Below are positions 19,100-27,911 of a stretch of 64,000 bases of DNA, piece after piece. The stretch's first letter is position 1, and each line of letters starts with the position of its first letter. This stretch comes from Steroidobacteraceae bacterium (GTDB taxonomy: Bacteria > Pseudomonadota > Gammaproteobacteria > Steroidobacterales > Steroidobacteraceae): contig JBAUYT010000090.1 in NCBI GenBank assembly GCA_049584935.1, forward strand, positions 147-64,146, written 5' to 3'. The position numbers were made by a program, and so were the translations under genes. The notes beneath the pieces were generated by a model that worked only from the letters and a program-made list of their open reading frames with translations, did not search any database and was not told the DNA's origin.

Positions 19100-20506
19100 A
19101 TGGCCAGTCTCGATCCCCAGCAACTGTTTGCCGGCTTCGGCCGCTCCGACATCACGCCGGCGTGGAATTTTCCCAACGGCATGTGGATGGCGCAGAAACA
19201 CGCGCGCGGCAACGGCATTCATCGCCGCCTGTGTATCTCCTGCGTGGTGCTGGGGACAGAGGCGGACGCGGTGGCCCTGGTGAGCTACGACCTGGTACTG
19301 CTCTCCGTGCCGCAGGTGACTGCAATCCGCGAGGCCATTCGAGCCCGAACCGGCCTGCCCCTGGACCGCATCTGGCTGTATGTGACTCACAATCACGCCG
19401 GACCGATCACCCAGGATTTTTACGATCGCGAGGGCGCCGCGGAGGTGGCCGCCTATGTGGCGGCTCTGCCCGAGCGCAGTGCACAGGCGGCAGAGCAGGC
19501 CTGGCAGGGGCGGCGGGCGGCGCGTGCCCACAGCGGCATCGGAGAATGCCGCATCGGGGTCAATCGGGACCTCAATTACCGGGGTCGCATGATCACCGGG
19601 CCGAATCTCGCCGGCTTCGCCGATCCGGATGTCGGTGTGATCCGCCTGGATGGCATCGATGGCAGCCCCATCGCCGCCATCGTCACCTATGGATGCCATC
19701 CAACCTTCCTGGGCCCCGGGAATACCCTGATCAGCCCCGACTACCCAGGCGTGACGCGAGATGTATTTGAAGGCATCACCTCCGCCCCCTGCCTGTTCCT
19801 GCAGGCAGGAGCAGGCAATGTCGGGCCGTTGCGCGGCTTCCTCGCCGACATCACGGAGGTGGAACGATGCGGACACCTGCTGGCCTGCGCGGCGGCGCAG
19901 GCATACTTCGCGCTGCCGATGGAAGGATACCCGGCTACCATCGATCACGTGGTTGAATCAGGCGCTCCTCTGGGTATGGTGCGGGAGCAGCCTGCCTCGA
20001 CCGGGCACCAGGCCTTTCGCGCCATTGCCCGACAGGTTCCGTTGCCGACCGACAACCCCGGTCCCACGGTCTACGATTCGGTCGAGCAGGACATCGACAA
20101 CGCACGCGCTCGTGTCGAGCGCCTGAAGCGCGAGGGCGCGGCGGAACCGGACATCCAGCATGCAACGCAGCATCTGCTGCGTCATCGGCTGCGCGCCGAG
20201 CGCAAGCGCCTGTACGCAACGCCAGGGTTTCCCCTCGAGGTCGGTGCGTTATTGATCGGTAAGAGCTGCTTCATCAGCCTGGCGTGCGAGCCCTACGCGG
20301 AACTCGCCGTTGCCATCAAGCGCCGTTCACCCGCCGAAACAACCATCTTTGCCGGCTATGAGGGACCGGACGTCATTTATGTCGCGCCCGCCGAGTCCTA
20401 CCAGGAGCCACGGCCGATGGAGGTCTACAACTCGCCGTTCGGACCTCAGGCCGCCGAGCTGCTGGTCAACGCTGCCGTATCCATGCTGCATGAGCTGCAT
20501 CATTAG
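19100..20506 (+). CDS. Ceramidase_alk-like hydrolase paralog P2 (divergent copy)
   Basis: Blocks GRSDITPAWNFPNG, THNHAGP, TYGCHPTFLGPGNTLISPDY and LQAGAGNVGP are collinear with P1/P3/P4/P5 but much more diverged. ATG 19100 is preceded by CAGGAG. The TTG at 19085 is an unlikely start. Confidence 0.55.
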   Translation: MASLDPQQLFAGFGRSDITPAWNFPNGMWMAQKHARGNGIHRRLCISCVVLGTEADAVALVSYDLVLLSVPQVTAIREAIRARTGLPLDRIWLYVTHNHAGPITQDFYDREGAAEVAAYVAALPERSAQAAEQAWQGRRAARAHSGIGECRIGVNRDLNYRGRMITGPNLAGFADPDVGVIRLDGIDGSPIAAIVTYGCHPTFLGPGNTLISPDYPGVTRDVFEGITSAPCLFLQAGAGNVGPLRGFLADITEVERCGHLLACAAAQAYFALPMEGYPATIDHVVESGAPLGMVREQPASTGHQAFRAIARQVPLPTDNPGPTVYDSVEQDIDNARARVERLKREGAAEPDIQHATQHLLRHRLRAERKRLYATPGFPLEVGALLIGKSCFISLACEPYAELAVAIKRRSPAETTIFAGYEGPDVIYVAPAESYQEPRPMEVYNSPFGPQAAELLVNAAVSMLHELHH

Positions 20507-20574
20507 CGCCAGCGCGCGCCCCGCACTGCCGGCCTGCGGTTCATTGATTTCGTCGCAGGCGCATGGCAAAGTAT

Positions 20575-20586
20575 GGAAACGTTTCC
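20575..20586. promoter_or_regulatory. Class-B operator candidate, perfect palindrome GGAAACGTTTCC
   Basis: Lies in the 134-bp gap after P2, 55 bp upstream of ATG 20641. Confidence 0.6.
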
Positions 20587-20640
20587 CTTAAGCGCCGCTG
20601 CCGCCATCGGCAAGCAGCAACTATAAGTCCACCACTACCG

Positions 20641-21771
20641 ATGCCGGATGCCATTGATCGAATCGACGCCTGGGCGTGCAATGTGCCATTGCCCGAGCCG
20701 CTTGATTTCGGCACCTTCTCGGTGACCTCGCGGCGCTACGTCGCGCTGCGCGTGCGCACCACCGGCGGACTCGCCGCCGATGTGGTCGGGCACAGTCGCG
20801 GCTCGCCGATCGACGTGGCGATAGTGGACCTGCTGGGCCCCAAGTTCATCGGCACGGATCCCGGCGACATCCCCGCAAGAGTCGAGGACTTTCATCGGCT
20901 GACCATCGCGCTCGAACGAGACGGGGTGCTCGGTCGCGCCTGGTCGTTGCTCGAGCTTGCAATGCAGGGTCTGCGCGCTGCGGCGCAGGGGGTGCCGGTC
21001 TGGAGCCTGCTGGGCGGCAACGCGCGCGAGTTGCCCGTGCAACTGGTGGAGGGCTACGCGCTCGGCAACGAGAGCGATGAAAATTTTGCGAACCGGCTGA
21101 TCGCGCGCGCTCACGAGGGCTATGCCGCGCTCAAGGTCGAGGGTGCGCATTATCAGGATTGGAGAACGCTGGCACGGCGCCTCGAGCTGACGCGGCGCCA
21201 GGCACCTGACTGCCGCCTGGTGGTGGATTTTGCCTGGTCGTGGCGTACGGCGCGCGAACATGCCGATGCGCTGGCGGCGCTCGGTGAACTGGGCGTGGAC
21301 TGGATTGAGGACGCCTTTCCCTTGCACGCAGTCGATCAGTACGTGCTCGCTGGGACGCTCACGCGCGCTCCGATCGGCTGCGGTGATGAGGCCACGCGGG
21401 CGGCCGATCTGATGGCGCTGGTGGAGGCCGGCGCGCTGCAGGTCGTGCGGCTGGATGCTACCGCGCTCGGCGGGTTCTCAGCCGTGCTGCCCCTGACGCA
21501 AACGCTGGCACAGCGGCGGCGCCGCGTGTCCTTGCACGATTTCCCCGAAATTCACCAGCATGCGGCGCTCGCGGATACGGTGGTGGACCACATCGAAATG
21601 TTTCCTCGCGACCGGCCTTTCGACGTACGCCATCGTCTCACGCTACGGTCTGCGCACGAGCGTGTCGCACACGGCAAGCTGCTTCCGGAGAATGCAAGCG
21701 GTCTGGGCATCGTCCTGGATCTCGATCAGGTTGCGCGGCATTCCCTCCGGCACAGTCATGTGGGCCGTTGA
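20641..21771 (+). CDS. Enolase-superfamily (mandelate racemase/muconate lactonizing enzyme-like) protein, MR/MLE-2
   Basis: The N-terminal capping domain plus barrel blocks (ALKVEG, VVDFAWSW, WIEDAFP, VVRLD) fit the MR/MLE architecture. It is divergent from the other two copies. Confidence 0.7.
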   Translation: MPDAIDRIDAWACNVPLPEPLDFGTFSVTSRRYVALRVRTTGGLAADVVGHSRGSPIDVAIVDLLGPKFIGTDPGDIPARVEDFHRLTIALERDGVLGRAWSLLELAMQGLRAAAQGVPVWSLLGGNARELPVQLVEGYALGNESDENFANRLIARAHEGYAALKVEGAHYQDWRTLARRLELTRRQAPDCRLVVDFAWSWRTAREHADALAALGELGVDWIEDAFPLHAVDQYVLAGTLTRAPIGCGDEATRAADLMALVEAGALQVVRLDATALGGFSAVLPLTQTLAQRRRRVSLHDFPEIHQHAALADTVVDHIEMFPRDRPFDVRHRLTLRSAHERVAHGKLLPENASGLGIVLDLDQVARHSLRHSHVGR

Positions 21772-21787
21772 TTAGGAGAGCTTTCTA

Positions 21788-22582
21788 ATGGCGAAGCGAG
21801 TCGTTGTGATTACCGGGGGTGCGTCGGGCATCGGCTGGGCCGCCGCCGAGGCCTTCCTCGAGCGCGACTGGTCAGTGATCATTGCCGACCGCGAGATCGA
21901 GCGTCTTCATGAGCGCCGGGGGGATCGTGCCGCCGCCATGGAGACCGTCCTGATTGATGTCACTTCGCAGGAATCCGTCGAGCATGCCTTTGCAGAGGTA
22001 TCCGCACGGCATGACCGGCTCGACGCGCTGGTCAACAGCGCCGGAATCCAGCGGTGGACTTCGCTGGCACAGCTGGATTGGCAGGCCTGGAATTCGGTGC
22101 AGGATGTCAATCTCAACGGTACTCTTCGCTGCCTGCAGGCCGCCGGTGCGCGGATGATCCCGCAGGGTCACGGCGCCATCGTCAACCTTTCCTCGGTAGC
22201 CGGCGTTCGCGGTGTACCGAACCGCACACCCTACGCGGCCTCGAAGGCCGGAGTCGAGGCGGTCACGCGCAGTGCCGCCGTGGAATGGGCGACGGCGGGG
22301 ATTCGCGTCAATGCGGTGGCTCCCGGCTATGTGGAATCCGAGCTGGTGCAGGAGTACGTCAAGACCGGACGGCTGGCGCTCGAACCGATTCTCAACAGAA
22401 TTCCGATGCGTCGGATGGCAAGGCCTCAGGAGATCGCCGATCTGATCTGCTATCTGTGCTCGGAGCAATCCTCGTACATCACCGGACAGGTAATCGCGGT
22501 GGACGGCGGCTTTCTCGCCGACTACGGAGTGCCCGCAGCGGCACCGAGCGTCCCCCAGGCGAGTAACACCCCAACCAAGTGA
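21788..22582 (+). CDS. Short-chain dehydrogenase/reductase (SDR)
   Basis: Contains ITGGASGIGWA, NSAG and YAASKAGV. Confidence 0.9.
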   Translation: MAKRVVVITGGASGIGWAAAEAFLERDWSVIIADREIERLHERRGDRAAAMETVLIDVTSQESVEHAFAEVSARHDRLDALVNSAGIQRWTSLAQLDWQAWNSVQDVNLNGTLRCLQAAGARMIPQGHGAIVNLSSVAGVRGVPNRTPYAASKAGVEAVTRSAAVEWATAGIRVNAVAPGYVESELVQEYVKTGRLALEPILNRIPMRRMARPQEIADLICYLCSEQSSYITGQVIAVDGGFLADYGVPAAAPSVPQASNTPTK

Positions 22583-22604
22583 CCCAACAGATGGAATCGA
22601 CCCT

Positions 22605-23594
22605 ATGAACCCTCCAGACTCTGCGCGCGAACCGTTCTCAGGACTGCCGCCGGGGGATGAAAGCGCGCTGCTGCTTACGATGTGTGTGATCCGCGAATTC
22701 GAAGTGGAAGTCCAGAAGCTGTTCGCACAGGGATTGGTGCGCGCAACCACTCATCTCTACCAGGGACAGGAAGCGGTGGCGACCGGCGCCTGCGCTGCCC
22801 TCAAGAGTGGTGATTCGATGACCTGCACCTACCGCGGACACGGCGCCGTACTGGCCATGGGTGTGTCCTTGAGCCGTGCGCTCGGCGAGATCCTGGGGCG
22901 TGCCGGCGGCCTGTGCGGCGGCAAGGGAGGCTCGATGCATCTGACGGACGTGGCGCGCGGCGCCATGGGCTCCAATGCCATCGTCGGCGCGCACCTGCCG
23001 ATCGCCAACGGACTGGCCTTCGCGGCGCGTTACCGGCGCACGGATGCGGTCTCGCTCTGCTTCTTTGGCGACGGCGCCACCAACATCGGCGCCTTCCATG
23101 AATCGATGAATCTCGCCGGAATCTGGCGGCTACCCGTCATCTTTGTCTGTGAGAATAACCTCTACGGAGAGTACTCCCCCGTTCACACCACCACTCCGGT
23201 CGCCCGATTGTCCGACCGCGCCGCAAGCTATGGCATGCCCGGGATTCCGGTCGATGGTAACGATGTGCTGGCCGTACGCGAGGCCACCACGCAAGCGCTG
23301 CAGCGCGCGCGCAGCGGCGCCGGTCCCACCATGCTCGAAGCGCTGACTTACCGCTTCGTCGGACACTCGCGATCGGACCCGGCCGCGTACCGCCCGCCCG
23401 GGGAACTGGAGCATTGGTTGGCACGCGATCCGATCGCGCTCAGCGCCGAGCGCCTGCGCCAGACCGGGATGGCGGAAGCGACGATTACGGCGATTCGCGA
23501 CGAGGCCATACGGCGTGTGTCGGCGGCCTCGCAGGAAGCGCGCAAGTGGCCGCCGCCCTCGCCAGCAGCACTGCACACACGAGTCTACGCATGA
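22605..23594 (+). CDS. TPP-dependent 2-oxoacid (pyruvate/acetoin-type) dehydrogenase E1 alpha subunit
   Basis: Contains YRGHG, GKGGSMHL, and GDGATNIGAFHESMNLAGIWRLPVIFVCENNLYG (TPP-binding motif). Confidence 0.9.
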   Translation: MNPPDSAREPFSGLPPGDESALLLTMCVIREFEVEVQKLFAQGLVRATTHLYQGQEAVATGACAALKSGDSMTCTYRGHGAVLAMGVSLSRALGEILGRAGGLCGGKGGSMHLTDVARGAMGSNAIVGAHLPIANGLAFAARYRRTDAVSLCFFGDGATNIGAFHESMNLAGIWRLPVIFVCENNLYGEYSPVHTTTPVARLSDRAASYGMPGIPVDGNDVLAVREATTQALQRARSGAGPTMLEALTYRFVGHSRSDPAAYRPPGELEHWLARDPIALSAERLRQTGMAEATITAIRDEAIRRVSAASQEARKWPPPSPAALHTRVYA

Positions 23595-24574
23595 GTGAGC
23601 TCACTTATCGTCAGGCGATCAACCGGGCCCTCGACGCGGAACTCGCTGCCGATCCAGAGGTGTTCCTGATCGGCGAGGACATAGGCGCCGGGGGCGGCGT
23701 ATTCAAGGTGACCGATGGCTTGTTCGCAAAATACGGCCCCGAGCGCGTCTTCGATACACCCATTTCGGAACAGGCAATCGTCGGCTGTGCGCTGGGTGCG
23801 GCCATGCAGGGTCTCAGGCCTGTGGCGGAGATCATGTTTTCCGACTTCACGGCAGTGTGCTTCGATCAGATCGCCAATCAAATCGCAAAATGTCGCTACA
23901 TGAGCGATGGCCAGATCGCCCTGCCCTTGACGATCCGCATGGCTACCGGTGCCGGCAGCGGTTTCGGCGCCCAGCATTCCCAGTCGGCCGAGCAATGGTT
24001 ACTGAACGTGCCCGGCCTCAAGATTGTCGTGCCTTCGACCCCGTCGGATGCGTATTGGATGCTGCGTGCGGCCATTCGCGATCCTGATCCCGTGCTCTAC
24101 TTCGAACACAAGGCGCTCTACGGAAAAAAAGGCGAGATCGTCGAGCACGAGTCGACGCCGCCACTCGGATCGGTGAATGTCCTGAAACCGGGCACCGATC
24201 TCACCATTGTCGCCAGTCAACTCATGCTGCACTACGCGCTGGAGGCAGCCAAGGGCCTCGCCACCAGCGGCATCTCGGCGGAGCTGCTCGACGCAAGAGT
24301 GCTGCGACCGCTCGATCTCGCCACAATCCGCGCCAGCGTGCTACGCACGGGGCGGCTGTTGATGGTTCAGGAGGCCCCGTCACTCGGCAGCTGGGGTGCC
24401 TCGGTCATCGCTGCGCTCGCAGCAGAATCGCCGGCGCCCTGGCGACAACCCGTTGTTCTATTGGGTGGCGCGGACACGCCGATCCCCTACGCGGCCGATC
24501 TCGAAGCAGCCTATCTGCCGAGCGTTCAGCGCATAACCGATGCCGCCCAAAACCTGATGCACGCTTCCGCCTGA
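23591..24574 (+). CDS. 2-oxoacid dehydrogenase E1 beta subunit
   Basis: MSELTYRQAINRALDAELAADPEVFLIGEDIG... is the canonical E1-beta N-terminus. ATGA overlap with E1 alpha. Confidence 0.9.
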   Translation: MSELTYRQAINRALDAELAADPEVFLIGEDIGAGGGVFKVTDGLFAKYGPERVFDTPISEQAIVGCALGAAMQGLRPVAEIMFSDFTAVCFDQIANQIAKCRYMSDGQIALPLTIRMATGAGSGFGAQHSQSAEQWLLNVPGLKIVVPSTPSDAYWMLRAAIRDPDPVLYFEHKALYGKKGEIVEHESTPPLGSVNVLKPGTDLTIVASQLMLHYALEAAKGLATSGISAELLDARVLRPLDLATIRASVLRTGRLLMVQEAPSLGSWGASVIAALAAESPAPWRQPVVLLGGADTPIPYAADLEAAYLPSVQRITDAAQNLMHASA

Positions 24575-24584
24575 GGGTGAACCC

Positions 24585-25751
24585 ATGACTAACCAGCGTT
24601 CGGCAACCGTTGCGATTTCCTCCCCATCCGACGCAGCGGGCATGCGGATCGAGTCGATCGACATTACCGCCATTCGTGTTCCGCTAAAGCGGATCTATCG
24701 CGGCAGCTATTACCAAATGTCACACCGCTCGACGCTGCTGTGCCGGGTCACTACGCAAAGTGGCATCGTCGGCGAAGCCTGGGCCGGCGATGAGGATGCC
24801 GCACTGCTGGAAATTGCGGCGATCGTGCAGCAGGAAATTGCGCCCAAGCTGCTGGGACGCGACGGCTCGCAGCTGGAAACCTGCTGGCAGGCCGCGCGGC
24901 CGGCCACCTTCAATATCCTGCGCGACCGTCGGCTCGGTCTGGTGGCCTGTGCCTGCGTCGATACGGCGCTCTGGGATGCGCTCGGTAAATCGGCCGGACT
25001 GCCGCTGTGGAAGCTGTGGGGTGGCTTCAGGAACGCCCTGCCGATGATCGCCATAGGAGGCTACTACGATGACATCCCCATTGCGGATGAGATGGAACAG
25101 CTGCGCAAGCTCGGCCTTGCCGGCATAAAATTTAAAGTTGGCGGTCGTTCGCCTGCCGAAGACGCGGCACGCGTACTGGCGGCGCGCCGCGCCGCGGGGG
25201 CCGATTTCGTGATCTGCGTCGATGCCAATCAGGGCTACAGCTACCGCGAAGCGCGCGAATTCGTACATCTCTCGACCGAGGCGGACATCTACTGGTTCGA
25301 GGAGCCGTGCCATTGGGACAACGACAAGATTCATATGCGCGATCTGCGTGCCACAACCGGAATACGCGTATGCGCGGGCCAGTCGGAATTTTCGGCGACG
25401 GCCTGTCGTGAGCTGATGTCGATCGGCGCCATCGATGTGTGCAACTTCGATGCCTCCTGGTCCGGCGGCCCGACCGAGTGGCGCCGGGCCGCCGCTGCTT
25501 CCATGACCTTTGGCATCCAGATGGGACATCACGAGGAACCGCAGGTCGCTTCGCATCTGCTCTGTTCAATCCCCAACGGCACCTTCGTCGAATGCTTCCA
25601 TCCAGACCGGGACCCCATCTGGTGGAATCTGGTGGCAAACCGGCCGAAGTTGGTCAACGGCATGCTTACACTGCCCAGCGGGCCTGGACTCGGCTGGGAA
25701 ATCGATCGCGACTACGTGGCTCGCTACCGCGTGCCGATGAGCGGCGACTGA
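24585..25751 (+). CDS. Enolase-superfamily (MR/MLE-like) protein, MR/MLE-3
   Basis: Contains DTALWDALGK, GIKFKVGG, VDANQGY, WFEEP and IDVCNFD (metal-ligand-bearing barrel strands). Confidence 0.8.
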   Translation: MTNQRSATVAISSPSDAAGMRIESIDITAIRVPLKRIYRGSYYQMSHRSTLLCRVTTQSGIVGEAWAGDEDAALLEIAAIVQQEIAPKLLGRDGSQLETCWQAARPATFNILRDRRLGLVACACVDTALWDALGKSAGLPLWKLWGGFRNALPMIAIGGYYDDIPIADEMEQLRKLGLAGIKFKVGGRSPAEDAARVLAARRAAGADFVICVDANQGYSYREAREFVHLSTEADIYWFEEPCHWDNDKIHMRDLRATTGIRVCAGQSEFSATACRELMSIGAIDVCNFDASWSGGPTEWRRAAAASMTFGIQMGHHEEPQVASHLLCSIPNGTFVECFHPDRDPIWWNLVANRPKLVNGMLTLPSGPGLGWEIDRDYVARYRVPMSGD

Positions 25752-25768
25752 TTCAGGAGCCTGCAACA

Positions 25769-26764
25769 GTGACCATCGTCATCGGCATGCCGACGCTGTC
25801 GGCATCCATGGATAGCGGTACGGTAACAAAGTGGCGAGTTGCCGTGGGCGAGCGCATCCGCGCCGGCCAAATCATCGCCGAGATCGAAACCGACAAGGCC
25901 GTTCTTGAATACGAATCGCCGGAATCTGGAACGGTGTTACGCCTGCTGGCCGAGGCAGGCGGCGGCGCGATAGCCGTGGGAGCACCGATCCTCGAGTTGG
26001 CTCAAGCTGAGGACGGCTCCGCCGCAATGCCATCGCAGTCTGCCGCCAAAGCGCCTCGCGCCGGCGATTCGGCCGCCGGCTCGCCGCAGATCGCGAAATT
26101 TTCGGCTGTGCGACGCCTCATTGCTGAACGGGTAGTCGAAGCGAAACGTACGATTCCGCACTTCTACGTGGCGCATGAGATGCGCATGGATGCGGCCATG
26201 GCAGCCATCGCTCGCCTGCGCCATGGTGGCACGGCAAAGTCGATTTCGATCAACACTCTGATTCTCAGCGCGCTCGCCAACACCCTGCGGTTGCATCCGG
26301 AACTGAATGTCGTATCCGCTGCGGACGGCACATTGGCGTTACCGTCGATCGATATTGGTGTTGCGGTCGCCACCGCGGAAGGGGTGTTCCTGCCCGTAAT
26401 CAGAAACGCTGCAACCCGATCGCTCACCGACATCGAGTCGGAAGTGGCGCGCCTGCGCAGCGCGGCCGAACGCCGCAGCCTGCAGCAGCATGAGTTCACT
26501 CAGACCGCGATCAGTCTCTCGAATCTGGGGATGCATGGCGTAGACGCCTTCGCCGCGATCATCAGTCCGCCGCAAGTCATGATGCTGGCGGTGGGCCGCG
26601 TCGCGCAGCGTCCCATAGTCGTGGATGGCGCAATCTCGATAGGCTTCACGATGCACTGCGTGCTTTCGTGCGACCACCGCGTCATCGATGGCGCGCAGGC
26701 TGCTGGATTTCTTGCGACGGTGCAGGACTCATTGAACGATAGCCAGTCGATCGCTGGTCGATGA
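25769..26764 (+). CDS. 2-oxoacid dehydrogenase E2 (dihydrolipoamide acyltransferase)
   Basis: A single lipoyl domain (IAEIETDKAVLEYESPESG) is followed by an Ala/Pro-rich linker. The catalytic domain ends in LSCDHRVIDGAQAAGFL. GTG 25769 follows CAGGAG. Confidence 0.88.
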   Translation: MTIVIGMPTLSASMDSGTVTKWRVAVGERIRAGQIIAEIETDKAVLEYESPESGTVLRLLAEAGGGAIAVGAPILELAQAEDGSAAMPSQSAAKAPRAGDSAAGSPQIAKFSAVRRLIAERVVEAKRTIPHFYVAHEMRMDAAMAAIARLRHGGTAKSISINTLILSALANTLRLHPELNVVSAADGTLALPSIDIGVAVATAEGVFLPVIRNAATRSLTDIESEVARLRSAAERRSLQQHEFTQTAISLSNLGMHGVDAFAAIISPPQVMMLAVGRVAQRPIVVDGAISIGFTMHCVLSCDHRVIDGAQAAGFLATVQDSLNDSQSIAGR

Positions 26765-27760
26765 ACCCGCTCGCGGACGGCCACAGCTTGGTCCGAAGCG
26801 AAAGCTCACAGGTAGAACCTTGGTGCGCGCCGGCGCTCCGCCAATCATCGACACGAGCATCTCGGCACTCTCACGTCCGAGCAGCAGCAGATCGCGCGTA
26901 ATGACTGCCTGTTTTGGCTGCAGCGCATCCATCAGTGGCACCTCGTCGCAGGTGACCAGCGACACATCCTGCGGGATGCGCAGCCCCAGGGTAGTGATGG
27001 CGCGCAATACGCCGATCAGAATCTGGTTACTGCCGGCAATGATCGCCGACGGCGCCGGGGTACTGGTCAGCAACTCGTGCGCGCTCGCCTCTCCATGCGC
27101 GTCAGCATAGGATCCCGGACGCGTGATGCCCGTAATCGACAGCTTGCCGCAGGCCTTTACGAACGCCTGGCTGCGCTCCCGTGTCGGCCGCGTAGCTGGC
27201 GTACCACCGATAAAGGCCAGGCGTTGGTGCCCGAGCTGCGCCAGCGCCGCAACCGCGTCGGTGAGGCCCACCTGGTGATCGAACAGAACGCGGCCGAAAT
27301 TCGCCAGTCCCGGCAGATCGCGATCGAGAATGACGCCCGGCGTCTTGATCGCGGCGAGTTGCGCGCGCGTCTCGCGATTGCTCTCATCGACCACGGAGAC
27401 GAGCATGCCATCCACACGGTGCCGTTGCAGTGTCTCCAGCTGCGAGACTTCGTTCTGGGCTCCTTCGGCGGAGTTGGCAATCAGCATCGCATAGCCATGA
27501 CTCTGCAGCGACTGCCCTGCCCCGGTGATGATCTGGGCAAAGGTGGGATTGGCGATGTTTGCAACCACGCAACCGATGGTCGAGGTAGTGCCGCGTCGCA
27601 GGCTGCGCGCAACCGCATCGGGAATGTAGCCGACGGCGCGCGCTGCCTCGAAGATGCGCGCCCGCGTCTCTGCGCTGACCGACTCACCGGGCGAGAACGC
27701 ACGTGAAACCGATGAAACCGCTACGCCCGCACGCTGGGCTACCGCGCGGATGCCCTTCAG
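26729..27760 (-). CDS. LacI-family transcriptional regulator (LacI-2), start codon unresolved
   Basis: The ORF track starts at GTG 27568, but the same frame is open up to 27868. It encodes KGIRAVAQRAGVAVSSVSRAFSPGESVSAETRARIFEAARAVGYIPDAVARSLRRG, a complete LacI HTH plus hinge. That stretch contains no ATG/GTG/TTG. CTG 27758..27760 would give MKGIRAV... and is used here as the nominal start. Confidence 0.7.
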   Translation of the reverse strand: MKGIRAVAQRAGVAVSSVSRAFSPGESVSAETRARIFEAARAVGYIPDAVARSLRRGTTSTIGCVVANIANPTFAQIITGAGQSLQSHGYAMLIANSAEGAQNEVSQLETLQRHRVDGMLVSVVDESNRETRAQLAAIKTPGVILDRDLPGLANFGRVLFDHQVGLTDAVAALAQLGHQRLAFIGGTPATRPTRERSQAFVKACGKLSITGITRPGSYADAHGEASAHELLTSTPAPSAIIAGSNQILIGVLRAITTLGLRIPQDVSLVTCDEVPLMDALQPKQAVITRDLLLLGRESAEMLVSMIGGAPARTKVLPVSFRFGPSCGRPRAGSSTSDRLAIVQ

Positions 27761-27889
27761 TTTGCGTACGCCGTTACGCCGCTTCGGCCGCTCAGGCCTG
27801 GTCTGGTTTGTGCTTCTGGCGATGATTCGTGCCTGGCGTATGATTGCGGTACCTGCAAGGCAGCCTATCTATGCCAATACAAGCGCCGC

Positions 27890-27901
27890 GGAATCGTTTC
27901 C
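27890..27901. promoter_or_regulatory. Class-B operator candidate GGAATCGTTTCC (1 mismatch)
   Basis: Lies in the divergent region between LacI-2 and the isomerase-like gene, consistent with autoregulation by LacI-2. Confidence 0.5.
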
Positions 27902-27911
27902 GGATCGTCCC

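Noticed and set aside
17843-19948. 701-aa minus-strand ORF spanning the galactonate-dehydratase-like gene and P2
   Set aside because: It is antisense to two ORFs with clear family motifs. Its composition is Arg/Gly/Ala/Pro-rich and low in complexity, as expected of shadow frames in GC-rich DNA. It has no motif.
27654-27911. N-terminal 86-104 residues of the 570-aa ORF for the isomerase-like protein
   Set aside because: This stretch overlaps the HTH-coding region of LacI-2 on the other strand and contains the class-B operator. The family-like sequence starts near 27966.
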